Positions 60,758 through 64,000 of a stretch of 64,000 bases of DNA are shown one piece after another (positions within the stretch are counted from its first letter, which is position 1; every line of letters begins with the position of its first letter). The stretch lies in the NCBI GenBank assembly GCA_036785375.1, contig JAWMAR010000015.1, forward strand, positions 2,914,001 through 2,978,000. The letters are read 5' to 3'. Below the pieces are notes generated by a model. The model searched no databases and was not told the origin of the DNA. It worked only from the letters and a program-made list of their open reading frames with translations. Made by a program: the position numbers and the translations under genes. The DNA is from Leucoraja ocellata. Lineage: Eukaryota.

Positions 60758-62596
60758 TACATGGATAACAGCATTAGTGTTGTTGCATTTACAGAGAGCT
60801 AGAAATGGTCATTACGTTTGCTTCTAATTTCCACTCTGCTCTCGCTTCAACATAGTCCATCTCTGAGTCTTCGCTTTATGGACTTCCCTATCTCCATAGG
60901 TCTTGGGCTCATGCTCAATATACAAATTCCTCCCAGGTTAAGACAGGGTTTCATTCCTGAGAACCACTCACAACCCAAACATACAGCAAAAGTGGAATAT
61001 ATTTAAATTTAAAAAAGGCCAACAATGGGCAACGTGCAACTAAGCCAGAGCATTTGACTCATCCATTCAAATATTTCCACAGAGTGTCCACATGGCAGTA
61101 GATATCCAGATCGCCACAGCAGCTGGCAAATCCAAACTACCGATTTCCCAAAGGCTTGCTCATATGTACATAAGACAGGTGTTCGTACCCTGGGAGGATC
61201 TATATAACATAAGTTCACCGACTCCAAAATCTAGCTTGGCTACACTTCCTTCCAAACTTACTTCTGGCAATTACTCCCTATTATCTGCCAGCTTCTGTGT
61301 CTCTGGTCTAGGTTCAAATGATGAGACTTTACCTCCAGCACCTTCAAGATGCTTATTCACCTTCATATTTGCTTATTCAATTCCACCAATCTCTCCCCTT
61401 CCCACAAAATGTCCCCAAGCAACCATATGAGTCACATGTGCCTTCCCACCATCCATTGACCCTCGTAGACCTTCCAGATGGAGCAGAAATGTATTTCTTC
61501 CTTTGTGGGGCATTACATTCAGTGCTCATGTAGTCACCTTTACATCACAAAAAAATGCACATTGACTGCATTGCAGAACACTTCCATTCATCACTCACAC
61601 TGAATTTCTAGTCACCAATCATTTTAATTATCCATCCTCCTATACTGTTCAAACCAAACCCAATATAAGCTTGAGGAACTACCCCTTTTCTTCCGTTTCA
61701 GCACACAGAAAATCCACAAGAGCCAACTCTGATCTGTTGGGTACTTCCAGCATTCGCTTTTGTTTCAGATTTCCATCAACTACTATGATGTGTCTTTCAA
61801 CAGATCCAGCATATTCCTTTCTCTTTATTCTCTCCAATTGTTTTCATTCATTTATTTATTTATTTAATGACTAAGCAGGTCCAAAATCATTGTGATATGG
61901 ACAATCTTCGTCCCCAGACTATTGCAGGCAATCTTAGTGTTCCATCCATCCTCTCCCCGCTCTGCAACTTAAAAAAAATGTTTTCTCACTTCTTCAGTGC
62001 TGATGAAAGGCTTTTTGACCCTGTTCCTCCCTCTACATAATGCTCAGCATTTGCAGAACTGTGTTTTTATTTAAGATATCCAGCATTTTGCAGTTCAGAT
62101 ATTCAATTTCTGATCACCTCTGGACGCAACAGGGTGTTTTTTGCTGGGTGACAGCCAGATAACATAATAATGGGAAGGCTTAACCAATCAAGTGCAAACA
62201 CACCCACTGACAGCTGATGCCGCTGGCGTGGAAATCACGTTCATACCAAAACATTTGCTTTTAATGCCTCATGCAGCTTTCAGATAAACAGGAACATATA
62301 GCCTTTCATCAGCATCACTGGCAGGTACTATTGTGCACCTGCTAGAGCATCGCAAAGCTGGATGCACTATTGCAAGAAGGAGACCATAAACTTAAAATAA
62401 TTACAGGAAGGGGAGATGAGGAAAACGTTTTCACCCAGAAGTGGTGGAGCTGTCTGCCTGGGAAGGCAGCAGAGGCATGAGCGTTCACCCTATTTAAACA
62501 ATACATGACTGTGTACTTGAAGACCAGTGCCCTGCATGGCACTGGGTTTAGATGGAGGCAATTCTTCACAACAAAACAATACATAATTTATGCTTA

Positions 62597-64000
62597 TGCT
62601 TATACATAATCCCCCTATTTGGGGGCAGCACAATGTTTGGGACATGGCTTCACAGGCATTTGTAATTGCCTAGGTGTGTTTAATTGCCTCCTTAATGCAG
62701 ATACAAGAGAGCTTTCAGCACCTAGTCTTTCCATCACCTTTGGAAACCTTTATTGCTATTTATCAACATGAAGACCAAAGTTGTGCCAATGAATGTCAAA
62801 GAAGCCATTATGAGACTGAGAAACAAGAATAAAACTGGTAGAGACATCAGCCAAACCTTACGCTTACCAAAGTAAACTGTTTGGAACATCATTAAGAAGA
62901 AAGAGAGCACTGGTGAGCTTACTAATCGCAAATGGACTGGCAGGCCAAGGAAGGCCTCCACAGCTGATGACAGAATAATTCTCTCTATAATAAAGAAAAA
63001 TCTCCAAACACCTGTCCGACAGATCAGAAACATGCTTCAGGAGTCGAGTGTGGATTTGTCAATAACCACTGTCTGCAGAAGACTTCATGAACAGAAATAC
63101 AGAGGCTACACTGCAAGATGCAAACCACTGATTAGCCACAAAAATAGGATGGCCAGGTTTTGTCAATAGGTATTTAAAAGAACAACCACGGTTCTGGAAA
63201 AAGATCTTGTGGACAGATGAGATGAAGATTAACATGTCAAAGTGATGGCAAGAGCATAGTATGGAGGAGAGAAGAACTGCCCAAGATCCAAAGCATACCA
63301 CCTCATCTGTGAAACACATTAATGGGAGTGTTATGGCCTGGGCATGTATGGCTGCTGAAGGTACTGGCTCACTTATCTTCATTGATGATACAACTGCTGA
63401 TGGTAGTAGCATAATGAATTCTGAAGTGTATAGACACATCCTATCTGCTCAAGTTCAAACAAATGCCTCAAAACTCATTGGCCGGCAGTTTATTCTGCAG
63501 CAAGGCATTGATACCAAACATACTGCTAAAGCAACAAAGGAGTTTTTCAAAGCTAAAAAATTGTAAATTCTTGAGTTGCCAAGTTAATCACCTGATCTGA
63601 ACACAATTGAGCATGCCTTTTATATGCTGAACAGAAAACTGAAGGGGATTAGACCCCAAAGCAAGCATAAGCTAAAGATGGCTGCAATACAGTCCTCGCA
63701 GAGCATCACCAGAGAAGACACCCAGCAACTGGTGATGTCCATGAATCGCAGACTTCAAGCAGTCATTGCATGCAAAGGATATGCAACTAAACATGACCAA
63801 TTTCATTTCAATGGCATTGGTGTGCGGAACATTATGGTGCCCTGAAATGGGGGGACTATGTATAAACACTGCTGTTATTTCTACATGGTGAAACCATAAT
63901 GTCTAAAAATGGCCTTTACTAAAATCTGACAATGTCCACTTTAACCACATGTGATTTTTTTTCTATTACATATCTCAAATTGTGTACAGAGGCAAATAAA
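62597..64000 (+). mobile_element. Tc1/mariner (DD34E) transposon, inactive; left TIR truncated, right TIR runs off the window
   Basis: Inverted repeat 62597-62644 versus 63821-63868 flanks a transposase pseudogene. Confidence 0.9.
62768..63795 (+). pseudogene. Tc1 transposase pseudogene
   Basis: MKTKVVPMNVKEAI...GRPRK...WTDE (63216)...QQG(D>G, 63504)...DLNTIE (63609), 34 residues between the second D position and E; in-frame stops at 62873, 63564 and 63585, plus frameshifts. Confidence 0.9.

Noticed and set aside
1-64000. CRISPR arrays, rRNA genes, prokaryotic operons or endogenous viral genes
   Set aside because: None seen; repeats are dispersed transposon copies and the architecture is that of a vertebrate gene.

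Overview
Vertebrate genomic DNA, most likely a cartilaginous fish such as a skate or ray. That is inferred from dense HE1-type V-SINEs, HER1/CR1 LINEs and elasmobranch-type Penelope repeats. The only protein-coding gene I can support is PNPLA8 (calcium-independent phospholipase A2 gamma) on the minus strand. It has 9 coding exons, all with GT-AG junctions and matching phases, from ATG 56270 to TAA 18098: 2139 nt, 712 aa, with GGGTRG, GVSTG and DGG patatin motifs and a C-terminal SKL peroxisomal signal. The promoter and first exon probably lie beyond the right edge. The rest is intron or intergenic DNA filled with transposon remnants (CR1, Rex1/Babar, RTE and Daphne-like LINEs, Penelope, Tc1, hAT and Harbinger MITEs, a Helitron-like end, SINEs), plus two assembly gaps. 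The main points of interest are: (i) a decayed PNPLA8 N-terminal extension now carrying uORFs; (ii) many hammerhead-ribozyme-like motifs in Penelope terminal repeats; (iii) a composite Penelope insertion carrying unique DNA copied from 4 kb away; (iv) a divergent pair of CTCF motifs; (v) an intact hAT MITE with NRF1 sites. Repeat-family names and comparisons with human PNPLA8 come from recall, not database searches. I cannot demonstrate a wholly new biological system here.
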